64,000 bases of DNA. Origin: Candidatus Ruminococcus intestinipullorum. Its GTDB lineage: Bacteria; Bacillota; Clostridia; Lachnospirales; Lachnospiraceae. The stretch covers positions 39,701 to 103,700 of the forward strand of contig JAHLFA010000084.1 of assembly GCA_018883985.1 (NCBI GenBank), written 5' to 3'. The notes under the pieces are model-generated. The model ran no database searches, was not told where the DNA came from, and saw nothing but the letters and a program-made list of their open reading frames with translations. This document shows positions 1-9,982 of the stretch, piece by piece; the first letter of the stretch is position 1; every line of letters begins with the position of its first letter. Both the position numbers and the translations under genes were made by a program.

Positions 1-886
1 ATTTGTAGATAAGTGTGGTGGAGATGCAGCTGCATGGAGAACTGTAGCAATTATTTATGCAATTATTGGTCTTATTGTAAATACAATTTCTGCTCTATCT
101 GTTAAAGAACTTCCAGAAGAGGAACTTAACGAAGGGGAAGTAAAAAATGAGGATGAGAAGTACGGAATGGTACAGGCATTTAAGCTTCTTATCAAAAACA
201 AATATTACATGATGATCTGTGGAACTTACATTTTACAGCAGTTATACAGTGCCATGATTGGAGCCGGTATTTATTACATGACATGGGTACTGAAAAACAA
301 AAACTTGTTCGGACAGTTTGCATGGGCAGTTAATATTCCACTGATCATTGCTTTGATTTTCACACCAACTTTAGTTGGTAAGTGGAAAGGTATGTACAAA
401 CTGAACTTAAGAGGTTATATCTTAGCAGTTATCGGTAGAGCACTTGTTGTTGTTGCCGGATATATGGGTAGCGTTCCGCTGATGATGGCATTTACGGCTC
501 TTGCAGCATTAGGACAGGGACCATGGCAGGGAGATATGAATGCGGTTATCGCATCCTGCTCTGAATACACTTATCTTACACAGGGAAAGAGAATTGACGG
601 AACTATGTACTCTTGTACGTCTCTTGGTGTAAAGATCGGTGGAGGTATTGGAACGGCTGTTGTTGGATGGATGCTTGATTTCAGTGGTTACGTTGGAACA
701 AATGCAACTCAGCCACAGTCCGCACTTGATATGATGCAGTTTATGTATCTGTGGCTTCCGTTAATCTTTGATGTATTGATTATGTTTGTACTTTCAAGAA
801 TGAATGTAGAAGGTGCAAATAAGAAACTGAAAGCAGAAAAAGGAATCACTGCAGATGAAGTAACAGATGCATCAGACATGGAGTAA
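1..886 (+). CDS. GPH-family (MelB/LacS-like) MFS sugar:cation symporter, 5' end outside the window
   Basis: Frame is open from base 2 (FVDKCGGDAAAWRTVAIIYAIIG...); hydrophobic helices; GPH C-terminal motifs 'EYTYLTQGKRIDG' and 'KIGGGIG'. Confidence 0.85.
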   Translation, partial: FVDKCGGDAAAWRTVAIIYAIIGLIVNTISALSVKELPEEELNEGEVKNEDEKYGMVQAFKLLIKNKYYMMICGTYILQQLYSAMIGAGIYYMTWVLKNKNLFGQFAWAVNIPLIIALIFTPTLVGKWKGMYKLNLRGYILAVIGRALVVVAGYMGSVPLMMAFTALAALGQGPWQGDMNAVIASCSEYTYLTQGKRIDGTMYSCTSLGVKIGGGIGTAVVGWMLDFSGYVGTNATQPQSALDMMQFMYLWLPLIFDVLIMFVLSRMNVEGANKKLKAEKGITADEVTDASDME

Positions 887-896
887 AATTTGAAGG

Positions 897-940
897 AAAA
901 AGCATTGTCTGATTGAATCTTCAATTAGGCAATGCTTTTT
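897..940 (+). terminator. Intrinsic terminator
   Basis: AAAAAGCATTGTCTGATTGAA / TTCAATTAGGCAATGCTTTTT inverted repeat ending in a T run, right after the stop codon. Confidence 0.75.
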
Positions 941-987
941 ACATATTATGAAACAATGAAACAGGCAAAAGAGCGGGGGACAGTATT

Positions 988-1209
988 TTGAATATAGAAG
1001 AAGCAATTGGAATGCTTAACGGGATGGCTGCCCATGCTGACTGGGCAGAGGAATGGATGCCAAAATACGAGATTGCAGACAGTAATATTCATTCTATCGT
1101 ACAGAAAGAAATTGGGATTGTATTTACGAAAGTCCTGGAGGATGCAGGAGTTTATAAGAGAACAGAGGAAGGGAAAGCTGCATTCAAAAGATTTATTGAA
1201 AGTTTATAA
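988..1209 (+). pseudogene. galT: C-terminal fragment of galactose-1-phosphate uridylyltransferase (Firmicute GalT)
   Basis: 'HADWAEEW...EIGIVFTKVLEDAGVYKRTEEGKAAFKRFI' matches the C-terminus of Firmicute GalT; the rest of the gene is absent. Confidence 0.7.
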
Positions 1210-1472
1210 AAAAAGGACCACTTCATTTTTGTGAAATGGTCTTAAGAAAAAATATTCAGTTTTCACAAAATAGTCCTTTTAGTATTTATACATGATATGG
1301 ATGCTCAAAATAGTCAGCGTAGAATACTAAAAGGTCGTTCAGATATTTTTTAAGATTGCTCATTTGCGATTCCTCCTTTCCTTGTTTACAAGTTGATTAT
1401 AGGATAGATGAAAAAGGATTGCTTGCCAAATCGAAAGAAGATATAGACAAATGTTGCAAAGGGGAGTATTTC

Positions 1473-2273
1473 ATGCAGTTAAAATATGTTGACACAAAAG
1501 AGGAGATCATAGCAGTAAATAAAAAGTCAAAACATATTGAACCACATCTTCATAATGCACTGGAGATTGTTTGTGTAACAAGTGGAACATTAGAGCTTGG
1601 TGTCGGACAGGAACTTTACCATATGGAAAAAGGAGATATAGGCTTTGTATTTCCGGATATTATTCATCACTATCAGGTACTGACACCCGGTGTAAATAAA
1701 GCGACTTATCTGATCGCATCGCCATTTACGATTGGTAAATTTGCAGATATCATGCAGTCCATGGCTCCTGAATATCCAGTTATCAAAGCGGAAAAGGTTG
1801 AGCCGGAGGTATATAGGGTTATCAATGCGATTTTAGAGACAGAACAGTCAGATATTACAGTCGCACAGGCTTATCTTCAAATTGTGTTGGCACGCTGCAT
1901 AGGAAAACTGAATCTGGTAGAGAAGAGCCATGTGGGGAGCAATGACCTTATTTACCAGACGGTTTCCTATATATCAGCAAATTTCAAAAAGAAGCTTTCA
2001 CTGGAAGAGATGGCGAAAGACCTTGGAGTAAGCAAATATGTCTTATCCAGACTCTTTTCCAAAACATTTCATAGGAATTTCAACCAGTATCTTAACGATG
2101 CAAGGCTCAACTACGCATGTCATCGTTTGGAAAATACGAGTGATTCTATTACAAATATTTGCCTGGATAGTGGCTTTGAAAGTCAGAGAACATTTAACCG
2201 GGTATTTAAGGAAAGATATAAAATATCGCCTAGTGACTATCGGAGCACATGTGTAAAAGATATATTGTCATAA
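1473..2273 (+). CDS. AraC-family transcriptional regulator (cupin plus HTH)
   Basis: 'PHLHNALEI' cupin; 'LSLEEMAKDLGVSKYVLSRLF' and 'SGFESQRTFNRVFKERYKISPSDYR'; ATG at 1473 follows GGGGAG. Confidence 0.9.
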   Translation: MQLKYVDTKEEIIAVNKKSKHIEPHLHNALEIVCVTSGTLELGVGQELYHMEKGDIGFVFPDIIHHYQVLTPGVNKATYLIASPFTIGKFADIMQSMAPEYPVIKAEKVEPEVYRVINAILETEQSDITVAQAYLQIVLARCIGKLNLVEKSHVGSNDLIYQTVSYISANFKKKLSLEEMAKDLGVSKYVLSRLFSKTFHRNFNQYLNDARLNYACHRLENTSDSITNICLDSGFESQRTFNRVFKERYKISPSDYRSTCVKDILS

Positions 2274-2448
2274 AAGGTTCTGCTGATAGAATAATTTACT
2301 TTGATTTCACGCCGTTATGTATTTGATTTTATGTGCGTATGATACGATATTACAATGGTCGTAGAAAATAGATTTTTCAGAAGTAAAAGAACAAGGCGTA
2401 CTCTAAAGAAAAAGAAAGGCAGGGCATATATGAATATGGGAAATTCCA

Positions 2449-2995
2449 TAATTGATTTTAACGAGAAAAAGGGTTTATCTGCGATATGGATGGTGTGATT
2501 TATCATGGCAATCAGATATTGCCAGGTGTTCCAGAATTCATTCAGTGGTTACATGATGAAAAGAAGGAATACTTATTTTTGACAAATAATAGCGGGTATA
2601 CACCACGGGAATTAAATCAGAAACTGGCAAGGATGGGACTTGATGTGCCGGAAGAACATTTTTATACCAGTGCATTGGCAACAGCAGCTTTTTTAAAAGA
2701 ACAGGCGGCAGGATGTTCAGCATTTGTGATAGGAGAAGCCGGTCTGTTAAATGCACTTTATGATGTAGGTATCACAATGAATGATGTGAATCCGGATTAT
2801 GTTGTTGTGGGAGAGGGACGATCCTATTCATTGGATACATTAACAAAAGCAACGAATTTGGTCCTGAAAGGTGCAAAGCTGATCGGAGCAAACTCAGATG
2901 TTTCCGGACCGATTGAGAACGGCATTGCTCCTTCTTGTCGTGCATTGGTTGCACCTATTGATTTCATAAGAAAATCCTCCACAATAATAGTATAA
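2449..2995 (+). pseudogene. HAD-IIA (NagD-like) phosphatase, frameshifted near the start and truncated at the 3' end
   Basis: Motif I 'ICDMDGV' lies just after a 1-nt frameshift at about 2473; motif II 'FLTNNS'; similarity stops at 'ALVAPI' (about 2960), before the usual GKP/GD motifs. Confidence 0.75.
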
Positions 2996-3250
2996 CATGA
3001 ACGCTATGGTAATACAAGTAAATAATATAATATGCTGCAAATATGCAGCGGAAGTACTAAATAAGATTATGGGAATAATAGAAATATACGGGAGGAAAAG
3101 AATCATTTATATTGATAATGATGAAGATGATTATGACAATATTATGATATGCTAATAATATGATTCATTCTATCAAAGATGGCCCTTTACTATGGGAATC
3201 TGATTTCTGTAGCAAAGGGTCACCTTTCTGTTGAGGAGAGATGAACTGCT

Positions 3251-3664
3251 TTATTCTCCTGTACTTCCAAAGGAGTCGGCACCACGTTCAGTGCCAAGAG
3301 CAAGTACAAAATCAGCAATAATCACAGGTGTGATGACCAGCTGGCCAATCCGTGTATCCTTCTTGATTGTCTGTCGGATATTACTTATGTTGCTGACGAT
3401 GGCATGGATTTCACCACGATATCCGGAATCGATGGGCGGCAGTTCGCATACCAGACCTTTGACGGCCAGGCTACTCCTGGGAAACACATATCCTGCGTAT
3501 CCGTCGGGGATTTCCAGTCCAAATCCAAGAGGTATTTTTATGATATCACCGGGGTTTAGGGTACAGTCAAAGGGAACATATACATCCGCTCCGGCATCAT
3601 TTTCATGAGGCCGGAAGGGACAATGTTCTTTGGAAACGCCAAAATCAATCAGTCTTATTTTCAT
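3251..3664 (-). CDS. dut: Trimeric dUTP diphosphatase
   Basis: dUTPase motifs 'DAGAD', 'PRSS', 'IDSGYRGEI', 'RIGQL', 'RGADSFGSTG'. Confidence 0.92.
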   Translation of the reverse strand: MKIRLIDFGVSKEHCPFRPHENDAGADVYVPFDCTLNPGDIIKIPLGFGLEIPDGYAGYVFPRSSLAVKGLVCELPPIDSGYRGEIHAIVSNISNIRQTIKKDTRIGQLVITPVIIADFVLALGTERGADSFGSTGE

Positions 3665-4426
3665 AAGAGTTCACCTCCCATGAGAAGCGGATAATCCCGT
3701 AAGATGATATCAGCCGGAGTCAGGGGGCGGTCGAGAGGATTTCTGCAGCTCATTTTTCCTTCCAGGCATTTCCCCCGCTGGCAGAATGGACCGGTCAGTT
3801 CTGGAAGAAAAAGTGCCGGACTTAATTCGTACAGATCCTTCCAGATATTCAGGATCACGATTCTCATTTCATCCGTGTTGCGTCTGCAGGAACGCTGCCC
3901 AATCATATGCTTCCACTGGTAAGGTGTCGCACTGATAAGCAGAACATTTCTTAATCCCTGGGGCGTCAGATATCCTGCCGAGTCGTGGCTGATGCCGGTT
4001 TTGCAGACGCGCATAATTATCCATATCGGTCCGGCAGCTTTTTTCATATAATTCTTTGATAGCCGTTGGTGCGGTGAGGATCTCATAGGGTATTGCGAAA
4101 TCTGCTTCCCCGGAATAGTTGCTGTACTGAAGGGATGCGCTCATGAATTTTACCTCATTCTGATGACGGGTGATCTGGGAAAGAAATCTCCGGCTGGCGC
4201 CTACTACAGCTACTGTAATGACGGCAAATTTCTGTATGGCAGGATGCGGGAGTTGTCCCATGTTTTTTATCGTATCATTAGTAAAGGACTGATTGTACAG
4301 CCGGATCAGATCTTCCATGTTGTGGATCAGATGCCCGCGCTGTGTCAGCCTGGCTGCAAATACCATCGTCTTTTCAGCTTCGCTAACGGCGGAGCAGTTC
4401 AGGATTTTTGTTTCAATTCTGTTCAT
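3661..4426 (-). pseudogene. thyX: FAD-dependent thymidylate synthase ThyX-like, split by a frameshift near 4005
   Basis: N-terminal half 'HPAIQKF...ASRRFLSQITRHQNEVKFMSASLQY' (variant of RHRx7S); C-terminal half 'DSAGYLTPQGLRN...WKHMIGQRSCRRNTDEMR...GPFCQRGKCLEGKMSC' is in another frame. Restoring 2 nt (CTGC to CTGTGC) joins them. Confidence 0.75.
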
Positions 4427-4739
4427 AAGTACCCTCCTCTTTGATGATCGCTGCCAGCAGGAAGAGATAGTTCAGGCTGTCGGTGATCTTCTCATCCCAT
4501 AATTCTTTTGTGAAGGAAGTATTCTTGGCATAACACATATCATATAAAGATACGATATGTTTTGCCATCATCCCGACAAGAGCCCGCTGGGGCGTGCAGT
4601 CCTGAAGAGAAGCGGCGATCCGGAAAGCGCTGAGTCTGTCTTCGCGGTCGCCGGTATATTCTTTTTTCTTCATCCGTAATGTTTCTTCGCATTTATTGAC
4701 CTGATCTGCAAAGATCAGTCTAAATTCTGATTGTGTCAT
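4413..4739 (-). CDS. Small all-helical protein, possibly MazG-like/Nmad1 (DUF1599-like) nucleotide pyrophosphatase
   Basis: Pattern 'KKKEY...DRL..F..AA...MAKH..S..D...WDEKITDSLNYL' resembles phage nucleotide-metabolism helical proteins; overlaps both the relaxase and thyX genes. Confidence 0.5.
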   Translation of the reverse strand: MTQSEFRLIFADQVNKCEETLRMKKKEYTGDREDRLSAFRIAASLQDCTPQRALVGMMAKHIVSLYDMCYAKNTSFTKELWDEKITDSLNYLFLLAAIIKEEGTYEQN

Positions 4740-6391
4740 AATGATTCTTCTTTCCTTTCTTTCTGTGAGTTGTGATGTGCTGCTGATTGAATGGGAACTT
4801 TTTCTGTCTCCATTGCCGTTCTGTCAAGAATGGCATCTACGTTATAGGAAACAGTCTCCAGTTCTGTGCAGCGGCTTCTTAGTTCTTGTAATGCCTGTTT
4901 CTGGGAACTGATTTTATCCTGCAGGTTCTGTTTGCGGGATTTTAATGATTTCATTGAAAGCATTTTCCCGTCAGTATAGAAGCTTTTCAGCCAGTCCCTG
5001 GCCTGTTCATATGCCTGCAGTTCAGAAGCATGCTCACTGCGGAATTTCTTTTTGCTTCTGGATCGTATGAATTCTGTATATGTTCCTTTAGATGAAAAGT
5101 ACTGTCCTGTGTAGTGGATCTGCGAATTTAATGTCTTCAATTCTGCAGAGAGTTCATCTAAACTTTCTTGTGCCTCATTCAGTTTTGCACTTGCCTCCGA
5201 TATGATCCTGGACAGGTTTTCTCTGGTGTCATAACCATGTTCCTGAATATAGATCAGGGTATTCGCCATTTGCTGCAGATTGGTGATCTTAACTTTACGG
5301 GCATAAGCTTCACTCTGCATAGCTTTAACATTTGTCTGCAAATCAACCACAAGACGTAGATGTGTCCGATAGTAGAAGATAGCAGTTGGATCTTTGTGGT
5401 AATCGCCATGGACAGAATGATGTGTAGTTGTTCTGTGTTCTGGCTGGATCCCATTATCGTTTTGGAGAAATCTCTTTTCCAGGTGTTCCATGCCATAGTC
5501 TGTTCCCAGTGCTTTTTCAGTGATCCTGAGATCACGATCCGGATGCAGATATCTATATCTTCCTCTTTGCAAAATCACGGATATATTGTAATTTTCCAGA
5601 AGAAGAGATTGAAACTCTTTAAAATTTCTGGCTGATCCAGAGCATTCATCAATCGCCTTCCGGAGAAAATCCTTCTTTGTCTGGAATGTTGTGGCCGTTG
5701 GTTTGAGACCTTTCTGTACAATTTCCTGATTAATCTGTTCCAGTTTTTTCTGTCCTCTGGTTATTGCACGAAACTCTGCTTCTGTCACTTTTTCCGGAGC
5801 AGGAGAAAGAAGATCAACCTGATGTAGTCCTTCCCGCTCACACATGGCCATGACTTCCTTTTTCAGATGTTCCAGAAATCGGTTTGTGGACCGATGCTTA
5901 TAGCCGGCCTTTTCTTCATTTGGCTTATCCATATAGTTCTGGCGTGCCACGGCATTTTTGCGGACACTGTTGATCACGATATGGGTATGGATGTTGCCGG
6001 AATGGTTTCCGCCGTCTGTGTGGGTAACCACCACCGCCTGATAGCCTGGGAAATTCTTTTTTGCAAATTCCAGGCAAAGCTCCTGTGCCCTTTTCCCAGT
6101 AAGCCCACATTCCGATACGTCCGCTGGATCGAAACTGATGATGTAATGGTGACTTTTTAATTCGTTTCGCCTGCGGTTTTTCTTAAATGCTTCATTTGTC
6201 ATTCTGCATTCAATATCAAATGTATCAGGATTACAGTTGAGCCCGTCCAGATAGAATTCATCCCGGAGAATTTTCTGTCCCAGTTCATTTTGAAGCATCT
6301 TGCCGGTTTTCTCATCATGCTGAAACAGCAGATACTCCATTGTGTCAGAATAATTGGCGTTATGACTTTTTATGTGTTTGATAACTGCCAA
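4736..6391 (-). CDS. MOBP-type relaxase/mobilisation nuclease
   Basis: HUH motifs 'HHYIISFDP' and 'HTDGGNHSGNIHTHIVINS'; C-terminal coiled coil; probable TTG start at 6391 overlapping mobC. Confidence 0.9.
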   Translation of the reverse strand: MAVIKHIKSHNANYSDTMEYLLFQHDEKTGKMLQNELGQKILRDEFYLDGLNCNPDTFDIECRMTNEAFKKNRRRNELKSHHYIISFDPADVSECGLTGKRAQELCLEFAKKNFPGYQAVVVTHTDGGNHSGNIHTHIVINSVRKNAVARQNYMDKPNEEKAGYKHRSTNRFLEHLKKEVMAMCEREGLHQVDLLSPAPEKVTEAEFRAITRGQKKLEQINQEIVQKGLKPTATTFQTKKDFLRKAIDECSGSARNFKEFQSLLLENYNISVILQRGRYRYLHPDRDLRITEKALGTDYGMEHLEKRFLQNDNGIQPEHRTTTHHSVHGDYHKDPTAIFYYRTHLRLVVDLQTNVKAMQSEAYARKVKITNLQQMANTLIYIQEHGYDTRENLSRIISEASAKLNEAQESLDELSAELKTLNSQIHYTGQYFSSKGTYTEFIRSRSKKKFRSEHASELQAYEQARDWLKSFYTDGKMLSMKSLKSRKQNLQDKISSQKQALQELRSRCTELETVSYNVDAILDRTAMETEKVPIQSAAHHNSQKERKEESL

Positions 6392-6755
6392 TATAATCAC
6401 CTGCCAATCGAAGCACTTCTTTCCGCAGCGCATAAAGTTCTGCAATTGCACGTTCTATCTCCTCCTGCATGGCAAGAGAGCGTTCCCCACCACTGTTAAA
6501 ATGCCTGGCGATCTGGTTCAGGTTGGATCCGATTTTCCCATATTGTGCGAGAAGTGATTTGACCTCCTCGCTGTCAATTACAATCTGGTATTTCGGAGTC
6601 AGTTTCCTGTTTAAGATCACGTTCCGGATGAAGTCTGATCTTGTCATCCTGCATTTTTCAGCCCGGTCATCTAATACAGATAGTTCTATATCCGTCAACC
6701 GGAGGCAGATGATGTGTGTGCGTAGCTGTTCGTTATTTTTCTTGATCTTTTTCAT
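6360..6755 (-). CDS. mobC: Relaxosome accessory protein MobC
   Basis: Ribbon-helix-helix-like N-terminus and the 'KIGSNLNQIARHFNS' MobC signature; directly upstream of the relaxase. Confidence 0.9.
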   Translation of the reverse strand: MKKIKKNNEQLRTHIICLRLTDIELSVLDDRAEKCRMTRSDFIRNVILNRKLTPKYQIVIDSEEVKSLLAQYGKIGSNLNQIARHFNSGGERSLAMQEEIERAIAELYALRKEVLRLAGDYIGSYQTHKKS

Positions 6756-6799
6756 ACTCCTCCTTCCACTGCGTGATAAATGGAGCCGCCAACAGCGGT

Positions 6800-7081
6800 G
6801 CCATTCACTGAAATGCCGGCTGTCCCTTCCGGATAGATTTCAGTGCTGCGCCCAACATTCTGTTGGAAGCCAATATAATTCCGATACATTTTTGATCACT
6901 GCTGGATAAAGAAATGTATGGGAATTGCCGAGGGTATGGGGAAACGGAATCCCCATCAAGAGCCCGACCACGGAGAATGCAAAAGTCAGAAAATCTGCTT
7001 TTGTATTACGGGGTGGATCTTGCTCTTTGAAAATTCAAACCCTCTCACTAATAGAAACGAAAAGGGCTTGTTTTACAGTGT
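6800..7081. other. Putative oriT region
   Basis: Between the divergent mobC and xis genes; inverted repeats CACTGAAAT/ATTTCAGTG, AATTCC.ATACATTT/AAATGTAT.GGAATT and ATGGGGA/TCCCCAT; nic-like ATCTTGC near 7017; 6949-7081 is repeated at 19689-19821. Confidence 0.6.
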
Positions 7082-7245
7082 GAGTCCTGAAAAATTTCAA
7101 ATTATTTTTTATTTCTTATTTGGACTGTCAAAAATAATCAAAAAAAGTTAATCACAGACGCTGTAAAATCCTCCGATTTCCTTTCTATATATGAAGAGGT
7201 TAAATCATGGCTCTTCGCATTAATGAATGGAAAGAGGTATGCTTG

Positions 7246-7428
7246 ATGGCAGAGAAACGGTGTTATACAGTAGCAGAATTACAGGAAATCCTTGGAGTCA
7301 GCAGGCCGACAGTTTACAGCCTTTTGAAAAGAAATGAATTTCGTTGGATTCAGTTGGACGGTGGAAAGTACCGGATTTCCAAGAAAAGTTTTGACGACTG
7401 GCTGGATAAACAGCCTTCTGAAGAATAA
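7246..7428 (+). CDS. Excisionase-like HTH_17 protein (alternative start 7207)
   Basis: 'YTVAELQEILGVSRPTVYSLLK...YRISKKSFDDWL'; AGAGG precedes ATG 7246; lies upstream of the integrase. Confidence 0.85.
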   Translation: MAEKRCYTVAELQEILGVSRPTVYSLLKRNEFRWIQLDGGKYRISKKSFDDWLDKQPSEE

Positions 7429-7511
7429 TTTCCATATGTAAAAAGTTCATCGACATAGTAACGCTATTTTTATATTTCCGTTATTCTTTCAGCAGGAAGG
7501 GAGAATTGACT

Positions 7512-8507
7512 ATGAATAAAAAGGAAGAATGGATGAAAGAAGAATACCAGGACATGATCGAGGCCATTGAATCTCATAGTCCATACAAAAGAAAACCATC
7601 TCCTCAAAAGAAATGGATGAGTGTAACGGAAATGGGAGAATTGTTAGGACTTAAGAAGACGGATCGGTACTGGCTTCTTCATAAGAATGTATTTGAATCC
7701 AGAGAGATAGCCGGCAAGCTGCGGGTCAATATTTCCAGTTTTGAAAAGTGGTATGCCAATCAGGTGAAATATCAGAAAGTGACCGGGGAAGAGCCGGGAC
7801 TGGAATTAAAAGAATGGTCCTTTTCTGTACGTGATATCGCGCAGCTTTTGGAAATTGAAGAAAGCGTTGCCTATGACCTGGTTAAAAGGGAAAAGCTTGA
7901 GACGGTTACGATCGATTACTGGAAGCGGATACCGAAAGATGTATTTTGGAATTGGTACAACGGACAGACGAAGTATCAGACAGCTGAGGATCGTAAAGCA
8001 AAGAGAGAATTATATGAGGCAACCATCAGTATGCCGGATATGGCGAGACTGCTTGGGGTTAGCAGAGGAACTGTTTATACGCTGCTGAAAAGCAGAAAAT
8101 ATGGAAAATATTTTTCTACAGTTATTATTGCTGATCAGAAACGGATCACAAAAGAAAGCTTCCAGAAATTTCTTGATGAGCAGGAAGAGTATCAGTTGTC
8201 ACCCTGCAATGATTATAAAGAACTTGCTATGGAAGAAAATATAGCATTGGCAAATTACCGACGAAAGAAACTTTTGCAGACCGGAGATCGGAGATGTAAT
8301 GGGAATCTTAATTATCTGACCCCGGAAGAAGCAGCACTGATGGCAAAGGTTTCAAGATCCATGATTGTAAACTGGTACCAGAGGGAAGAATTTCCAATCA
8401 TACATATTGGAAACCGGGTACGGATCTGCAGAAAAGAGTTTGAAGCATGGCTGGAAGAAAGGAGAAAGAAGAATGGCGTCCATACAGGAACGAAACCACA
8501 AGTATAA
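7512..8507 (+). CDS. Multi-HTH_17 (excisionase-repeat) DNA-binding protein
   Basis: Four Xis-like repeats ('MSVTEMGELLG', 'FSVRDIAQLL', 'ISMPDMARLLGVSRGTVY', 'LTPEEAALMAKVSR'); overlaps the integrase start. Confidence 0.8.
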   Translation: MNKKEEWMKEEYQDMIEAIESHSPYKRKPSPQKKWMSVTEMGELLGLKKTDRYWLLHKNVFESREIAGKLRVNISSFEKWYANQVKYQKVTGEEPGLELKEWSFSVRDIAQLLEIEESVAYDLVKREKLETVTIDYWKRIPKDVFWNWYNGQTKYQTAEDRKAKRELYEATISMPDMARLLGVSRGTVYTLLKSRKYGKYFSTVIIADQKRITKESFQKFLDEQEEYQLSPCNDYKELAMEENIALANYRRKKLLQTGDRRCNGNLNYLTPEEAALMAKVSRSMIVNWYQREEFPIIHIGNRVRICRKEFEAWLEERRKKNGVHTGTKPQV

Positions 8508-9873
8508 AGTGGTCTATTATTATAAGAATGATGCGGGCGAAAGAAAGCAAAAATGGGAAACATATGATACAAAGGCGGAAGCCCGCAAACGCAAGAAGGA
8601 AATTGAGTATAAGCAGGAGTTAGGAACATTTGTTGCACCTAAGTGTACCTACCTGTCGGATCTTCTCGATGAATATGTTTTTATTTATGGAACAAAAGCC
8701 TGGGTAATGTCTACATATCAGGGAAAAGTTGGCCTGATCAGGAATTATATCAAGCCGATGATAGGTAAAGTGAAACTTTCGGATTTGAATACGCATTTTA
8801 TAGAAAAATACTATCAGACACTTTTGGAGACACCGGCTGTTGTCAATCCGATGACCAAAAAACCAAAAAGCGAGTATGTTACAACAGGAACGATACGGGA
8901 GATTCACAAGCTGCTCCGCAACTGCTTTGAGCAGGCAATTAAATGGGAACTGATGGAGAAAAATCCCTGCCAGCGGGCGACTGTTCCTAAACATACGCCT
9001 AAAAAGCGCGAGATATGGGAAGCAGACACTATGATGCACGCAATGGATGTATGTGTTGATGAGAGAGTTGTCCTGGCCTGTAATATTATTTTTGCCGGTA
9101 CACTCCGTCCCGGCGAGGTCACGGCGCTTTCCTGGGACGCTATGGATATTTCCATGGAAGCGATTGATGAGGATCGGGCTTATATCGTTATCAATAAAGA
9201 ATTGCAGAGAGTAAGTAAGGAGGCTTTGAAAGCATTGGATGGAAAAGATGTACTCCTTGTATTTCCAGAAACCAGAAAATCCAACAAAACAGTCCGTATT
9301 TTAAAAAAGCCAAAAACAGAAGACAGCGAAAGAAAAGTTTTCATCCCGCGAACTGTGGCGCTTATGCTTGTCGAGTGGAAGAAGAAACAGGATCTGGAAA
9401 AAGAAGTAATGGGGGATGAATATATGGACTATAACCTGGTACTGGCAACCCCCTATGGACTTCCTGTCGGTGAAGATGTGATCTTGAATGGATTGAAGAA
9501 ACTTATTGCTGAAAACAATCTGCCTTCTGTAGTTACACACAGCCTCCGGCATACCAGCGTTACTTATAAGCTGAAGCTGAATGGTGGTGATATCAAGGCT
9601 ACGCAGGGAGATTCCGGTCATTCCCAGGCCAATATGATCCTGAATGTTTATTCTCATATCCTGGATGATGACAGGAGGAAAAATGCAAAACTTTTTGAAA
9701 AAGCATTTTATGAAAAGAAAGAACTTGATCCGGATATCCACCAGAAGATGCCGGAGAATATGCTGCAGGTGCCAGAGGGAGTGGATCCGGAATTGCTTGG
9801 AAAAGTGCTGGCTGACCCGGAGATGGCTGCGCTGCTGGTATCGATGGCATCAAAAATGAACAGTAAAGTGTGA
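8473..9873 (+). CDS. Tyrosine recombinase/integrase with N-terminal arm-binding domain
   Basis: Catalytic R (GTLRPGE), K (KKPKT), HxxR (HSLRH), H (DSGH) and Y (NVYSH); N-terminal 'MASIQER...YKVVYYY...KQKWETY'. Confidence 0.93.
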   Translation: MASIQERNHKYKVVYYYKNDAGERKQKWETYDTKAEARKRKKEIEYKQELGTFVAPKCTYLSDLLDEYVFIYGTKAWVMSTYQGKVGLIRNYIKPMIGKVKLSDLNTHFIEKYYQTLLETPAVVNPMTKKPKSEYVTTGTIREIHKLLRNCFEQAIKWELMEKNPCQRATVPKHTPKKREIWEADTMMHAMDVCVDERVVLACNIIFAGTLRPGEVTALSWDAMDISMEAIDEDRAYIVINKELQRVSKEALKALDGKDVLLVFPETRKSNKTVRILKKPKTEDSERKVFIPRTVALMLVEWKKKQDLEKEVMGDEYMDYNLVLATPYGLPVGEDVILNGLKKLIAENNLPSVVTHSLRHTSVTYKLKLNGGDIKATQGDSGHSQANMILNVYSHILDDDRRKNAKLFEKAFYEKKELDPDIHQKMPENMLQVPEGVDPELLGKVLADPEMAALLVSMASKMNSKV

Positions 9874-9879
9874 TCAAGA

Positions 9880-9908
9880 TAGACACGGAATCTGTATTTG
9901 CTTATAAT
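9880..9908 (+). promoter_or_regulatory. sigma70-type promoter immediately after the integrase stop
   Basis: TAGACA-N17-TATAAT, 6 nt after the int TGA and upstream of the DUF4869 gene. Confidence 0.65.
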
Positions 9909-9982
9909 GAAAGTATTAGTTTGAGTTATTTTTGTTTGTTGATTTTTTAGAAAGAAGATCAACAGAAAAATGGAGGTATGTT

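Noticed and set aside
3069-3155. 28-codon acidic ORF MGIIEIYGRKRIIYIDNDEDDYDNIMIC
   Set aside because: No RBS or recognisable family; low-complexity AT-rich sequence.
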